Shown here piece by piece: positions 44,780 to 55,500 of a DNA stretch of 64,000 nucleotides (position 1 is its first letter; every line of letters begins with the position of its first letter). Under the pieces are notes generated by a model. That model ran no database searches. It saw only the letters and a list, made by a program, of their open reading frames with translations, and was not told the origin of the DNA. The stretch covers positions 4,558 to 68,557 of the forward strand of contig JBPCKD010000005.1 of the NCBI GenBank assembly GCA_051004635.1, given 5' to 3'. The DNA is from Pyrinomonadaceae bacterium (GTDB lineage Bacteria; Acidobacteriota; Blastocatellia; Pyrinomonadales; Pyrinomonadaceae). The translations under genes and the position numbers were made by a program.

Positions 44780-45667
44780 TCATTGAGCGGTGGCCTCAAC
44801 CGCACGCGCGCGGCGCGACTCCAACCATATTTCAATCAGCATAGCCGTGGGTCCGACTAAAAACAGCGCATACAACGGCGCGTAAACCACATGGTTCAAC
44901 CGTAGCAGCATCTCCACCAACGCCACACAAAAAACCACCACGCATTGGCCCAGCTTCGATTTCACGGTTGTCTTCGGATCGGTAACCATGAAAAAGACAA
45001 AGAGCTGGTACATCGGCCCGGTGATTGGTGCTATCTCCGACTGCCAGGGGTCGCCAGTGATCCAACTGCGCAGAAATGCGAACGCAAAAAACGAGACCAC
45101 GTAGGTGGCGCTGATGTGAAAACGCCGGGCGCGCCAAATGATTATCGATCCCAGGACCCAGATAACCAGCATGGGCCAAATGTAGTTGCCCCACTGGATG
45201 CTCAAACTAGCTACGGTCTCGGGCGCCAGGAACAAGAGCACACAGATGCCGAAGTTTGACGGGTTCCAAAGGTGGCGACCTTTAACCCGCAACACGTACT
45301 TCGACATTACCGAAATCACGCTGCACAACGCGTAGGGCCAGAATGCCGGCGAGCGAACCAGAATACCCACGCTGATTCCCGTGATATATGCGCTCGCGAG
45401 GTTGAGCCACTTGCCAAAAAAGATTCGGCCCAGCAGCAGCTCCGTAACCAGGGCGGCGACAATTGCCAGCGCAGTTCGTTCGTAACTTTCGAGGATGCCG
45501 TAGGAAAGGTGGCCGACCAGCAGGATGCAGGTGATAAAGAGTGGAGCAATGTAACGGCTATCGAAACGAAACTTCTTGCGTCCAGCGTCGAGCTCCGGCG
45601 CAACCGTTGTTTCGCCATGGCTTTCGCCCACTGTTTCGCCAACTGGATCGCCGGCCAACTGGCTCAT
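44780..45667 (-). CDS. polytopic membrane protein with RnfD/NqrB-like motifs
   Basis: About 8 TM helices. HLWNPSNFGICVLLFLAP resembles the RnfD segment NPFNPAMIGYVVLLISFP, and LFVFFMVTDPKTT resembles GAFFILTDPVTA. Its ATG overlaps the upstream stop (ATGA). Confidence 0.6.
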   Translation of the reverse strand: MSQLAGDPVGETVGESHGETTVAPELDAGRKKFRFDSRYIAPLFITCILLVGHLSYGILESYERTALAIVAALVTELLLGRIFFGKWLNLASAYITGISVGILVRSPAFWPYALCSVISVMSKYVLRVKGRHLWNPSNFGICVLLFLAPETVASLSIQWGNYIWPMLVIWVLGSIIIWRARRFHISATYVVSFFAFAFLRSWITGDPWQSEIAPITGPMYQLFVFFMVTDPKTTVKSKLGQCVVVFCVALVEMLLRLNHVVYAPLYALFLVGPTAMLIEIWLESRRARAVEATAQ

Positions 45668-47487
45668 ACTGACTCCTTGATCTTGTAGCTTTGACCGGCC
45701 GCGGGCGCGTCAATGGTCTGGGCTTTTCCCGACGGCCAACGAATTTCGGCCTTCTCGATGCGCGGATTTTTTCCGAGTCCAAAATGCAGCCGCCGCTGGT
45801 TCTGCGCACAAAAGCCGCTGCCGCCCGAAACCTGCTGCACCTGTTGCTGACCATTCCAGAACAATCGGACTTCGGCGCCGATCGCACTGCGGTTACTGGC
45901 CGTGCCTTCCAATTCGAAGTCGATCCACATGTTCTCGGGAGCAGCAGTGTTCTTATAGATCAGCAACGGCCCTTTTTGATTGGCAACCACAACGTCCAGC
46001 ACGCCGCGATTCCACAAATCAACTAAGGCAACAGAACGTCCGTCGTAACTATCCGTTGCGCCGACCGCCTGGGCCACGTTTACAAACCGGCCGGAACCGT
46101 CGTTGAGCCAGACGCGTTTTTGTTGGTAGCCGGACAGGCTGCGACCTTCCATCGCGGGCCAGTGGGCCGCATCGGAAATGATGGTGGAATTGCCGCCCGT
46201 TATCTTGGAGAAGTCGTACCAGTAGTTCTTGTCGCGGCCGGCCGAGATATAACCGTTGACTAGATACAAATCGAGCGTGCCGTCATTGTTGAGATCGCCA
46301 AACTGAGCTCCAAAGCTCCAACCGCCGATCTCTACATCCATGGCCCGCGCGAGATTATCGTATGAGAGCGAATCTCCGGCGGTCCCTTCCTTCGGCACCC
46401 AAAGGTTATTCCCCTGGAGGAGGACCCCGTCCTCTGAAATGTTGGAAACGTAAATCGAGTACTTACCCTGGTTGAGAACGTCTCCTACCGTAGCGTTCAT
46501 TCCGCTCTTTGGCGAAAAGCCTACGCCGGCCTGCTTGCCGACTTCACGAAATTGTTTGCCGTCATTGAAGTAGAGTTCCGAGATTCCATAATCGTTCGCG
46601 ATGAAAAGATCAGGATGGCCCGTACCGCGTAAGTCTGCAGCCGTAGCCGCCAATGCCCAGCGGCGAGTGTCGATGCCTAGTTTTGCGCTGACCTCTTCAA
46701 ATGAACCGTTGCCCAAATTGTGAAACAGATACTTGCGTCCGCCGTTTTTCGCGTACTCAAAACTTTCGGGCATCATCTTCGTTGTCTTCAGATGCCAGAG
46801 GTCGACGTCTTCGGCATAGTAGCCGCCGAGAAAAAGATCCAAACGTCCGTCTACGTCGTAGTCAAACCAAACCGCGGTATTTGCATTGACCCACGCCGGC
46901 AGTCCTGCGCCTTCCGTAACGCGCGTGAACTTGTGACCGCCGTCGTTGTGAAAAAGTTCGGGTCGCCCCCATTTGTATAGGAAGAGATCCTCGTAGCCGT
47001 CGTTGTCGTAGTCTCCCCACACCGCGCCCATCGAAACTCCGGTGCCAGGTTGATTAAGATCGGCAACGCCCAGATCCGTTGCCACGTCCTTGAATGACCC
47101 ATCACCAATGTTTCGGTAGAGAGCGTTCTTGCTTCCTTCGCCGCTGTTGGTGACGTAGATGTCGGCCCAACCGTCGCGGTCGAAATCAACAATTGAGACG
47201 GCGGCGCCCATCGACGCGACCTGGGGCATGATGTGGTCCAACTGATGGTCCAATGTCGGCGCTTGATGAACGAAGGCGACTCCGGAAGCGTGGGCCACTT
47301 CCTCGAGATAAAAGCCGTAACGGGCGAGCGCGGTGTTTGTTTCCAGCTTTGCCGCTGGCGCCTGGCGCCGCGCCGAAAGACGCTTAATCACAATCGGCGT
47401 CGCGAGCAGGGCGACGAACAATAGCGCGAGTATTATGCGGCCGAGCTTACTCTTCTTCATCTGGTTCGCTGGGATTTTGCGGGACAT
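45664..47487 (-). CDS. CRTAC1-family protein (FG-GAP/VCBS repeats plus C-terminal ASPIC/UnbV domain)
   Basis: N-terminal anchor. Repeated D-x-D-x-DG-x-D calcium-type loops (FDRDGWADIYV, DYDNDGYEDLF, DYDVDGRLDLF, DLNNDGTLDLY). C-terminal ASPIC/UnbV motif SAIGAEVRLFWNG...GSGFCAQNQRRLHFGLG...IRWPSG. ATG at 47487 overlaps the upstream stop (TGATG). Confidence 0.85.
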   Translation of the reverse strand: MSRKIPANQMKKSKLGRIILALLFVALLATPIVIKRLSARRQAPAAKLETNTALARYGFYLEEVAHASGVAFVHQAPTLDHQLDHIMPQVASMGAAVSIVDFDRDGWADIYVTNSGEGSKNALYRNIGDGSFKDVATDLGVADLNQPGTGVSMGAVWGDYDNDGYEDLFLYKWGRPELFHNDGGHKFTRVTEGAGLPAWVNANTAVWFDYDVDGRLDLFLGGYYAEDVDLWHLKTTKMMPESFEYAKNGGRKYLFHNLGNGSFEEVSAKLGIDTRRWALAATAADLRGTGHPDLFIANDYGISELYFNDGKQFREVGKQAGVGFSPKSGMNATVGDVLNQGKYSIYVSNISEDGVLLQGNNLWVPKEGTAGDSLSYDNLARAMDVEIGGWSFGAQFGDLNNDGTLDLYLVNGYISAGRDKNYWYDFSKITGGNSTIISDAAHWPAMEGRSLSGYQQKRVWLNDGSGRFVNVAQAVGATDSYDGRSVALVDLWNRGVLDVVVANQKGPLLIYKNTAAPENMWIDFELEGTASNRSAIGAEVRLFWNGQQQVQQVSGGSGFCAQNQRRLHFGLGKNPRIEKAEIRWPSGKAQTIDAPAAGQSYKIKESV

Positions 47488-50400
47488 CAATGCTTACGCA
47501 CTGGTGCGGACCTCAATGCGTTTAGAAAAACGTCCGGCGTTACATAACGCGTGTGAAACTTCTGCCAGTCTTCCGGGTAACGACGATAGACCCACTCGTC
47601 TTCGAGTTTGCCGGGAGGAGTAACATATTCCTGCTTAGCGTGATACGGCAAAGGCTGCACCGTTTTCGAGAAAGTTGAATTATAGTCACCATCTTTGATC
47701 CAGCCATCGCCGATGATTACGTAGTCGCGCACCCATCCAGCGGAAGGTGATGCGGGAGCAGCGAAACGAAACGACATCTCATCGCCGGCGTTCATGATTA
47801 CGTAGCGATCATCTATACCCGCCAAAAGCTCCCGCACATCGCCGAAGCGAGTGTAGTAGCCAACCAGGTCGCGCCAAACCTGTTTGGAGCTTGCTAGCTG
47901 ATTGTAATCTGGCACCTCAGGTGATGAATCATTCGCCTTATTGATAACCGAATACCCGCGATAATGTAGATCTGCCGTATCGGGATTCAACCTCGTGGTT
48001 TTCACCGCAGCATCTGGAACTCCCTGCGCCCACTCCAACGCATCCCAATAGACTTCGAGGGTAGTTCTCAACCGCAATCGGCGCGGTGTGCCCGGACGAA
48101 AGACATTTGTAAGATCGAACAGGCATATCTTCTTTCTTCCCGCCGGAAATCCCAGGTTAGGACGCGCCACGATCCAGCCCCCGCTGCCATCTGGAACTTC
48201 CAGACTAAGTCCCCTGGCCTGCACATGCTGTCCCTGGCTGATTGCCACGTTAACTGATGAGTCAGTGGGATGCATCCAGCCTTGAGCTATTAACCAAAGC
48301 GGACCGGTCTGCGGCGCGTCCCTACCAAGATCTACTTCCACGTAGTGGTCTCGCGTTACTCCCTGATGTGTACCGCGTCCGAAAGTATCCAAATAATTGC
48401 CATCGAGAGCGCTGACAACATTTGTGACGTCCTGTCCCCGGTCATCTACTGCGCTTGCGACCCTGCGCGGAGTCGCCACGGTGGTGATCGCCAGCTTTGC
48501 CGGAGGAATAACGAAACGCTCGTCGACGAAGATTTCGGTGCCGAGAGGATGGTCAACGGTCATTAGCGCCAGATGATCGTAGTAATAGGTCTCCCAGAGT
48601 TCCCCCGTAACGCGCAGGTCGTAGTAACCACCACGCGGAACGAGTTGATCTCGTCCAATCTTGTACCACTCTTCAGTCGCCTCCACGCGGGCAGTACCGA
48701 GGGTATTAATGCGCAAACCAATAGCGGAACTCCAGGGAACTGAGTCTTTCACGAACTCCATCTGCCTGCCGTTATAGGCAAAGAGAAACGGACACGAGCC
48801 CTTCAACCGCTGCTCCGCAAGTACCTCTTGATCAGCTTTCACTTCAAACTGGGCGCGCACTGTGCCGTTCGGCCAAACAATGCGAATGACATCCGCGCCC
48901 GTCTGCTCGCCCAACCCGAAATGGAGCGAAGGTCCGTTTATCGGTTGCTTCTGCACGAGCAGGCCGGAACGAATTTCCATCTCGCCGCCGACGCCAAAAG
49001 GATTGATGCGTTGATCGCCTACCGCCTGAACGGCGCGCGGACGCACTACCTGCCAGTGATAGTTTTTTGAGCCATGGTTGATCGCCTGCTGTGGTTGGCC
49101 TTCCGCGGAAAGACCTACCAGATCAAGCCTACCGTCGCCATTCAAATCGGCAGCGTCAAAGACTAGCGGCGGGCCGACGGCATTGCTGAGCTGCTTGAAA
49201 TTGTTCTGTTCGTCTTTCAACCAAACGATCCCGCCAGCTATGTTGCCCGACGCGGGCACAGCGCTTGACGAGGTTAACAACAGATCGTTTCCGCCGTTGT
49301 TGTCGAGGTCAGCCACTCGCAGGCGAAAGATTCCTTCGAAATAGTTAGCCGCGTTGTTGAGTCTGGCAACCTCGGCCGTCAGCCACTCCTGGCCTTCGTT
49401 CTTGTCGGAAATCTGAGTGACGATACCGTCAGCCCGCACGGCAAGCAGATCGAAGATGCCGTCATTGTTGACGTCGTCTATGTTGATGGTCCGTACGGGT
49501 GGCAAATCCGCCGGGAGGGGACGCTCGCGAAATTGTCCCTGTCGCTCGTTACTAAACACGTGAAGCTTGCCCGCAACGTCGATCAGCGCTGCGTCGGGGT
49601 CCCCGTCCGCATCGAGATCGGCCCAGGCGAAACTCACCAGTCCGGAAACTTCCGAGAACGGATGAGTGTCAATAAAGGTGCCATCGCCATTATTGCGCAA
49701 AACCAGGGGAAGGCTGTCTTTCGTTCCCAGCACAATGTCGAGATCGCCATCGGCCTCGATGTCCGCGGCCCAGGCGCCAAGATAGATTGCGCTCAGGATC
49801 GAAGCCGGAAGCTTTGTTTTCGCAGTCACATCAGTAAAGGCCTTCGGATCATCTTGCCGCATCAAACGCACGCCGCCTGCGCCCGCCAGTACCAGGTCTG
49901 TTTTGAAATCGTAGCTAAAGTCGAGTGGCAGAATACCGTCCGGCAAGGGAGGGCCACCGGGGAAGGGAAAACTTGCACCGCTGGTCAGGCGCACTTCACG
50001 GCCGTTTGCGGTGGCGACAACAGGTGCGCCTGTTCCACTCAGCGCAATCGCCCCAATCCAACTCCAGCGATCACTACCCGCGTTTGCGACAGGCTCAGGA
50101 GCAAAGTTAATAGCCGTGTCCGCGGCCGCCGTCGTGAATACGGGCGACTCCAGGCGAAGGAAGCGCGTGAACGGTACCGCCTCTTCACCAGGTGGAGGCT
50201 TGATAGCTGCTAGGCTGCGCCGGTATTCGGGGACGCGTAACAGCACATTACGCAGAAAGGTTGTGCTGGTCGCGGCGCTGCGCAGGTCGCCGTTGTTAGC
50301 CGCCGCCGTGACGGCGGCAACCTGCTGCTGCACTTCTGGTGGCCAGGCGGATGAACGAGCGGTGATCCTGGCAACTGCCGACTTCAACGTCTCGGCGTCG

Positions 50401-51047
50401 CCGCGTTTGGCGGCAACACGGCTCAGTTCGAGCAGCGCTGCAAGGTTGTCTGGTTGGGCAGCGAGAATCTGCTTCATTAGCTGCTCGACATCTGCTGCGC
50501 CGTTCTCGTCACCTTGTCGCTCGACTTCTTCGGCCAGCTTATAGATCGCGATCAGATTCTTCGGGTTTAGTTCGACTGCCTTGCGCAAAGCGGCGACGGC
50601 TTCAGGCGTGCTACCGCGACTGCTTTCAAGCAGGCCCAGCAGGTAATGGATTTGATCGTTTTCGGGAGCGATGTCGCGGGCGCGCTTTAGTCGTTCGTCG
50701 GCTGTATCAAAGTTTCTCTGGCGCAGTGCCAGCAGACCCCAGTTGGCCCAGCCCGCTGGTTCAGTCGGCGCCAGTTTAGTGAACTGCGCAAGCTTGCTGT
50801 CAGCCTGGACGTCGTGACCCACCTGGAGTGCAGCCAGGCCGATGTAAAATGCTCTGACCAGCTCGTTATATTCTTTGGAAGATTTAGCTGGAGGCGCCGT
50901 GCTCGGACGGCATCCCGCAAATGGCAGTGCGAAAGAACCGACTAACACAATCAGAAGAATGGAGGGGAAATTGATTGTTGACCGGGCAGGCATCATGAAA
51001 GCCCGAACGCAGTGGTATGCAGTTTTAGGAAAGAATCTTGAGATCAC
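47487..51047 (-). CDS. giant lipoprotein: TPR plus FG-GAP/VCBS repeats plus ASPIC/UnbV plus uncharacterised C-terminal module of about 435 aa
   Basis: Lipobox LPFAGC, with the likely start at the MMPARS methionines (about 50996). TPRs in residues about 60-260. FG-GAP loops (ADIEADGDLDIV, ADLDADGDPDAA, DDVNNDGIFDLL, ADLNGDGRLDLV). ASPIC motif GVGGEMEIRSG...LHFGLGEQTGADVIRIVWPNG. The C-terminal module starts at GSCPFLFAYNG. Confidence 0.85.
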   Translation of the reverse strand: MISRFFPKTAYHCVRAFMMPARSTINFPSILLIVLVGSFALPFAGCRPSTAPPAKSSKEYNELVRAFYIGLAALQVGHDVQADSKLAQFTKLAPTEPAGWANWGLLALRQRNFDTADERLKRARDIAPENDQIHYLLGLLESSRGSTPEAVAALRKAVELNPKNLIAIYKLAEEVERQGDENGAADVEQLMKQILAAQPDNLAALLELSRVAAKRGDAETLKSAVARITARSSAWPPEVQQQVAAVTAAANNGDLRSAATSTTFLRNVLLRVPEYRRSLAAIKPPPGEEAVPFTRFLRLESPVFTTAAADTAINFAPEPVANAGSDRWSWIGAIALSGTGAPVVATANGREVRLTSGASFPFPGGPPLPDGILPLDFSYDFKTDLVLAGAGGVRLMRQDDPKAFTDVTAKTKLPASILSAIYLGAWAADIEADGDLDIVLGTKDSLPLVLRNNGDGTFIDTHPFSEVSGLVSFAWADLDADGDPDAALIDVAGKLHVFSNERQGQFRERPLPADLPPVRTINIDDVNNDGIFDLLAVRADGIVTQISDKNEGQEWLTAEVARLNNAANYFEGIFRLRVADLDNNGGNDLLLTSSSAVPASGNIAGGIVWLKDEQNNFKQLSNAVGPPLVFDAADLNGDGRLDLVGLSAEGQPQQAINHGSKNYHWQVVRPRAVQAVGDQRINPFGVGGEMEIRSGLLVQKQPINGPSLHFGLGEQTGADVIRIVWPNGTVRAQFEVKADQEVLAEQRLKGSCPFLFAYNGRQMEFVKDSVPWSSAIGLRINTLGTARVEATEEWYKIGRDQLVPRGGYYDLRVTGELWETYYYDHLALMTVDHPLGTEIFVDERFVIPPAKLAITTVATPRRVASAVDDRGQDVTNVVSALDGNYLDTFGRGTHQGVTRDHYVEVDLGRDAPQTGPLWLIAQGWMHPTDSSVNVAISQGQHVQARGLSLEVPDGSGGWIVARPNLGFPAGRKKICLFDLTNVFRPGTPRRLRLRTTLEVYWDALEWAQGVPDAAVKTTRLNPDTADLHYRGYSVINKANDSSPEVPDYNQLASSKQVWRDLVGYYTRFGDVRELLAGIDDRYVIMNAGDEMSFRFAAPASPSAGWVRDYVIIGDGWIKDGDYNSTFSKTVQPLPYHAKQEYVTPPGKLEDEWVYRRYPEDWQKFHTRYVTPDVFLNALRSAPVRKH

Positions 51048-51166
51048 TGTATTCGGCCGGCATCACGCCTCTGGTTTCCGGAATGAGTGACAAAGATAGC
51101 ACAATCTCCTAAGTAAGCGTGTTTTGGGGCAACCGGGTAGCGTGTCCGAAATAAGAGGAGAAGTAA

Positions 51167-51225
51167 ACGATCCACTAACCCACACTAAACTTTCTTCGTG
51201 AAACTTCGTGTGATTTGGTGGATCC
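51167..51225. repeat. family-A palindromic repeat
   Basis: ACGATCCACTAACCCACAC ... GTGTGATTTGGTGGATCC. Lies between the stop of the 332-aa gene and the start of the giant-protein operon. Confidence 0.7.
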
Positions 51226-51334
51226 TTTTTACTGTTTCCAGGTGTCCTACTCTGTAGGAGCGTCCTCGGTGGGCGCTCCGGATCGTGCGGAAACTTCCAA
51301 TTCTGCTACTGCCAGGTTTCTGAGCGAGAATGAT

Positions 51335-52333
51335 TTACCCGCCGAAGGTTTCGAGCAGGCGGTGAATGCCTCCATTGAGTTCTAAGACCACGTAGCTTTC
51401 ATCTTCCCAGCCATGTTCCTCGACGAAGATGAACGTGCGGCCGCTGAGTTTCAAAATGCCCAGCGGAAGGGAAGTGGTCGGGCCCTTCATATCAGTATCG
51501 GTAAACACTATTTCGCTGCGAATCAATCCCAGTTGTCCTCCCTGCCTGGCCTCCACGCTTGCCCATCCACTGAAAAGCGAAACATGGCCGCTGTTAGCCA
51601 AGCGAGGTATTTCATATTCTTTCCTGGCTTGGAAGTAATAGAGATATTCCCCGTTGATCGGGGACTCGCTTCGATAGAATTTCGTTTTCTTCTCAGCTCT
51701 TTTTCTTTCGGCCGCCGATTCGGGAAGGCCAAACCTGAACAGTGATGCAGTTCCTAATGGGTCATCGGTGGCCAGCCTCTCAATCTTTTCAGTTTCCTCG
51801 GCATCGAAGACCTCCTGAATGAAAGAAGTAAGCCCGTCAGGCTCGGGTTTGCTTTCGATCATGCTTTCAATTCTTATGTTAGCAGTGATGGCCACACCTA
51901 CGTTGCGATGATGGGAACTCTTGACAGGCTCGTGCGGAAAATCTGTCCGTACCGCCCAGTTCTTCTGAGAATGGTTCTCAACCTCAGCGATCTTCAAAGC
52001 CTTCAATACCGTAAGAGCGCCGTTCGGTGAGCGGAAGTACCATCTTCTTGGCATCCTTCCACCTTGCACGAACCAGGGCTTCGGCAATCCGCCCAGAGAG
52101 TGCGGATAGATCTCATCGGTACATCCTTGACAGGGCTGAGGCTTGGGCCATGGGTTATAAAAACCGCCATTTCCGTACTGAGCGAAAGGCACTAGCGCGC
52201 CATCGGCCCTTAGTACTGCAACCAGGAAGCCCGCGGGATTCTGGTCTTTAACGGAACTCAATTCGGTGCGTGACGATGGCGGGTCTGCAATTAACACCAG
52301 CACCAAGGCAAGGGTTTTGAAGATGTTTAGCAT
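51335..52333 (-). CDS. hypothetical secreted protein
   Basis: 332-aa ORF with a hydrophobic N-terminus (MLNIFKTLALVLVLIA). No recognised motif. Confidence 0.6.
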   Translation of the reverse strand: MLNIFKTLALVLVLIADPPSSRTELSSVKDQNPAGFLVAVLRADGALVPFAQYGNGGFYNPWPKPQPCQGCTDEIYPHSLGGLPKPWFVQGGRMPRRWYFRSPNGALTVLKALKIAEVENHSQKNWAVRTDFPHEPVKSSHHRNVGVAITANIRIESMIESKPEPDGLTSFIQEVFDAEETEKIERLATDDPLGTASLFRFGLPESAAERKRAEKKTKFYRSESPINGEYLYYFQARKEYEIPRLANSGHVSLFSGWASVEARQGGQLGLIRSEIVFTDTDMKGPTTSLPLGILKLSGRTFIFVEEHGWEDESYVVLELNGGIHRLLETFGG

Positions 52334-52513
52334 AATCAGTCCAGGTAGAACCGAATTGGTTTCTTTGAATAGTAGAACCAGGCCATTGCATGAGGCAATT
52401 CGTCAACTTGACAATCGGACGTTCAGCTTTATAGTCGGAAGTAGTCTTTCCCGTTTCGATTGTTTCAAAACCCAAAAGAAAGAAAAGGGCCATCCCGAGC
52501 TCCGCAATCGCCT

Positions 52514-55500
52514 ATGAAGCGTTTCAAGTATTGGTTCTTCCTGCCACTGGCTTTCATAGTTGTCATAACCACCGTTTCTACTGTAATCGACCCAACCTCG
52601 GCGAGCCTCCAGAATCAACCACTGGCTGCTGCCCGCGAGGAAGCGTATCGTGCCAATAATATTGGTGTCGCGCTGCTTGAACAGTTTAAGTACAAAGAGG
52701 CCGCAGATGCTTTCAAGCGGGCCTTGCAACTCGATCCCAAGTCACCGTTGGCGCGCATTAATCTCGGCATCGCACTCTACAATTTGCCCGACCTGCCGGG
52801 AGCGCAGCGCGAAATGCAGACAGCTATTACGCTGGCTCCAACGGCCCCCCAGCCCCACTACATACTTGGGCTCACGGCCAAGACGCAGAACCGTGCTGAA
52901 GATGCCATCGCTGCTTTTCAGCGCGTGCTGAAAATCGATCCTAACGACGTGGGCACCAATATTAACCTGGGCCAACTCTATGCACAGCAACGCAAATACC
53001 CAGAGGCCATTGCAGTCTTGCGTACCGCCTTAGCGGCCGAACCTTACAACGCTACCGCGCTCTATAATCTGGGAACCTCCCTGATGCGGTCCGGCCAGCG
53101 TGATGAAGGCCAGAACGTCATCAAGCAGTTTCAGGAATTGCGTCAACGCGGCAGCGGTTCGACCATCGGAACAAATTATTTGGAACAGGGCCGCTATGCC
53201 GAGGCCATTGTTTCGACAGGCGCCGAGCCCGAACTGGTTGACCGGGCCGTTCCTGCCGTTGCTTTCACTGATGCTACGGCTGAAATCCTGCCAGGCAGGG
53301 CAAAAGCGCCCGAGTCAGGCATACCTCCTTCTCCGCTCCTCGGCCGCGAATTCAAAAGTGGTGGATTAAATGATGCGGCCCGAAGTGAGCTCGCCGCCGG
53401 GCTCGGCGGAAATGTAACCCTCTTCGACTCCGACCTTGACGGCGATCTTGATATTTTTTGGGTGGCGCCAGTTGAACAACGGTTTTATCGGAATGATGGC
53501 GGCAAGTTTACGGACATCACCGCTCAATCGGGAGCGCTGAATGCAAAGCCCATTAGCACTGGCGTCGGAGCAGTGGCCGGCGATTACGACAATGACGGCA
53601 AGCCGGATCTGTTTGTAATTCGTTACGGCAGCCTTGCGCTCTATCACAACGATGGCGGCGGAAAGTTTTCAGACGTGACCGCCGCGTCCGGAATTGCCGC
53701 CTATCCATACCTTCCTTCCTCTGCCGCCTTCGTAGATGTCGATCACGACGGCGATCTGGATGTTTTCGTGGCGGGCCTGGCTGACCTCTCCAAACCGTTG
53801 AAAGGCGGCGAGCCGGCCGTTTTCCCGGATGACTTCGCCGGCGCGCCGAACACGTTACTGCGAAACGACGGGACCGGAAAGTTTACCGACATAACCGCTG
53901 CAGCGAAGCTGGACAGAATTGGACACACGACCGTGGTAGTGCCGACGGACTTCAACAACAAGAGGGACGTCGATCTGTTGGTCGCTGATTACGGCAAGGC
54001 ACCCGAGCTTTTTAGTAACCTGCGTGACGGCAGCTTTCGCAATGTCGCGAATGAAATCGGACTGGGCAACGGGGGCCGTTGGACGGCTGTAGCGGCCGGC
54101 GATGTGAACAAGGACGGGTATACGGATTTCTTCTTTGGCCAAGCTGATGGACTGGCGGTCTTTGCGATCAGCGACGGGCAGGAGAAGTTCAAAACAGTGC
54201 CCGCACCCAACGGTTCTGAAGCTGTGAGCGCCGCGCAATTCCTGGACTATGACAACGACGGGTTACTCGATTGCCTGGCCCTCACCGACAAAGGCCTTCG
54301 GGTTTGGCGGAATGTCGGTAACGACACCAATGCCAGTGGGGCTACCCCGCCGGCGTCCCCGAAGTGGATGGATGTTAGCGAGCGTGCTCGGACCAATGAG
54401 CGCGCCGGCGGGCCCTTGCAGGTTAATGCGAGCCGCCTCTTCGGGGCGGGCGACATCGATCAAGACGGAGACGAGGATTTTGTTTTTCTCTCGTCTTCAG
54501 GCGAGTTGCGCGTTGCGCGCAATGATGGCGGAAACCTTAACCGCTCGCTGCGGGTTAATCTTGCCGGGAAGGTGAGCAACCGTAGCGGCGTGGGCGCTAA
54601 GATCGAAGCTCGAGCCGGAAGTCTGGTGCAGAAAATCGAAACGTATTCGGCGTCTCCTGCGCCGGCGCCCGCGGATGTCTTGTTCGGTCTTGGCAAACGC
54701 ACAGCGCCAGACGCGGTGCGCGTCTTATGGCCTGCGGGCATCGTCCAGGCGGAGACAGAACTTGCGAAGGTGCCCCCAGGTAAGAGCTCTTCAGCATTGA
54801 CGCTCGCAGTTACAGAGCTGGACCGCAAACCATCGTCGTGTCCCTACCTCTACGTCTGGAATGGCGAGCGCTTTGAGTTCGTTACGGACTTCCTGGGCGG
54901 CGGAGAGATGGGCCACCTGGAAGAGCCGGGTCGTTATAACGCGCCCGATCCGGATGAATATGTCCGCATTCGCGGCGATCAACTAAAGGAACGCCACGGA
55001 CGTTACGAGTTGCGAGTGACTAACGAGTTGGAGGAGGCGCTGTTTGTAGATAAGCTGCAACTGATCGCCGTGGCCCACCCGCAGGGCGTCGAGGTTTATC
55101 CGAATGAAGGACTGACTGGTCCGCCCCTGCCGCCTTTCAAGCTCTATGCAACGTCCGCAGCAAAGGCGCCGGCTTCCGCAGTGGATGATCATGGACATGA
55201 CGTGCTGTCACGCATCGCGCGTCTTGATCGCGAGTACCCTGACGATTTTCGTCTTCATCAAATACGAGGTTTTGCTGACGAACATACGTTGACGTTGAAA
55301 CTTTTCGAAGCAGAGCCTGTTAAAGAAAAGTCCAAAGTCCGTTCTGAGAGAACTTTATTACTCTTGACCGGCTGGACCGATTACGCCTGGTCGAGCGATA
55401 CGCTGGCTGCCTCACAAAGTGGGAAAAGCTTGATGCTGCCTGCGCTTCAGGTGAAGGATGTCCGCGGCCGTTGGCGCACGGTCATCGAAAACATCGGGAT

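Noticed and set aside
49533-50544. 226-aa and 177-aa plus-strand ORFs
   Set aside because: They lie antisense inside the 1186-aa FG-GAP/ASPIC gene.
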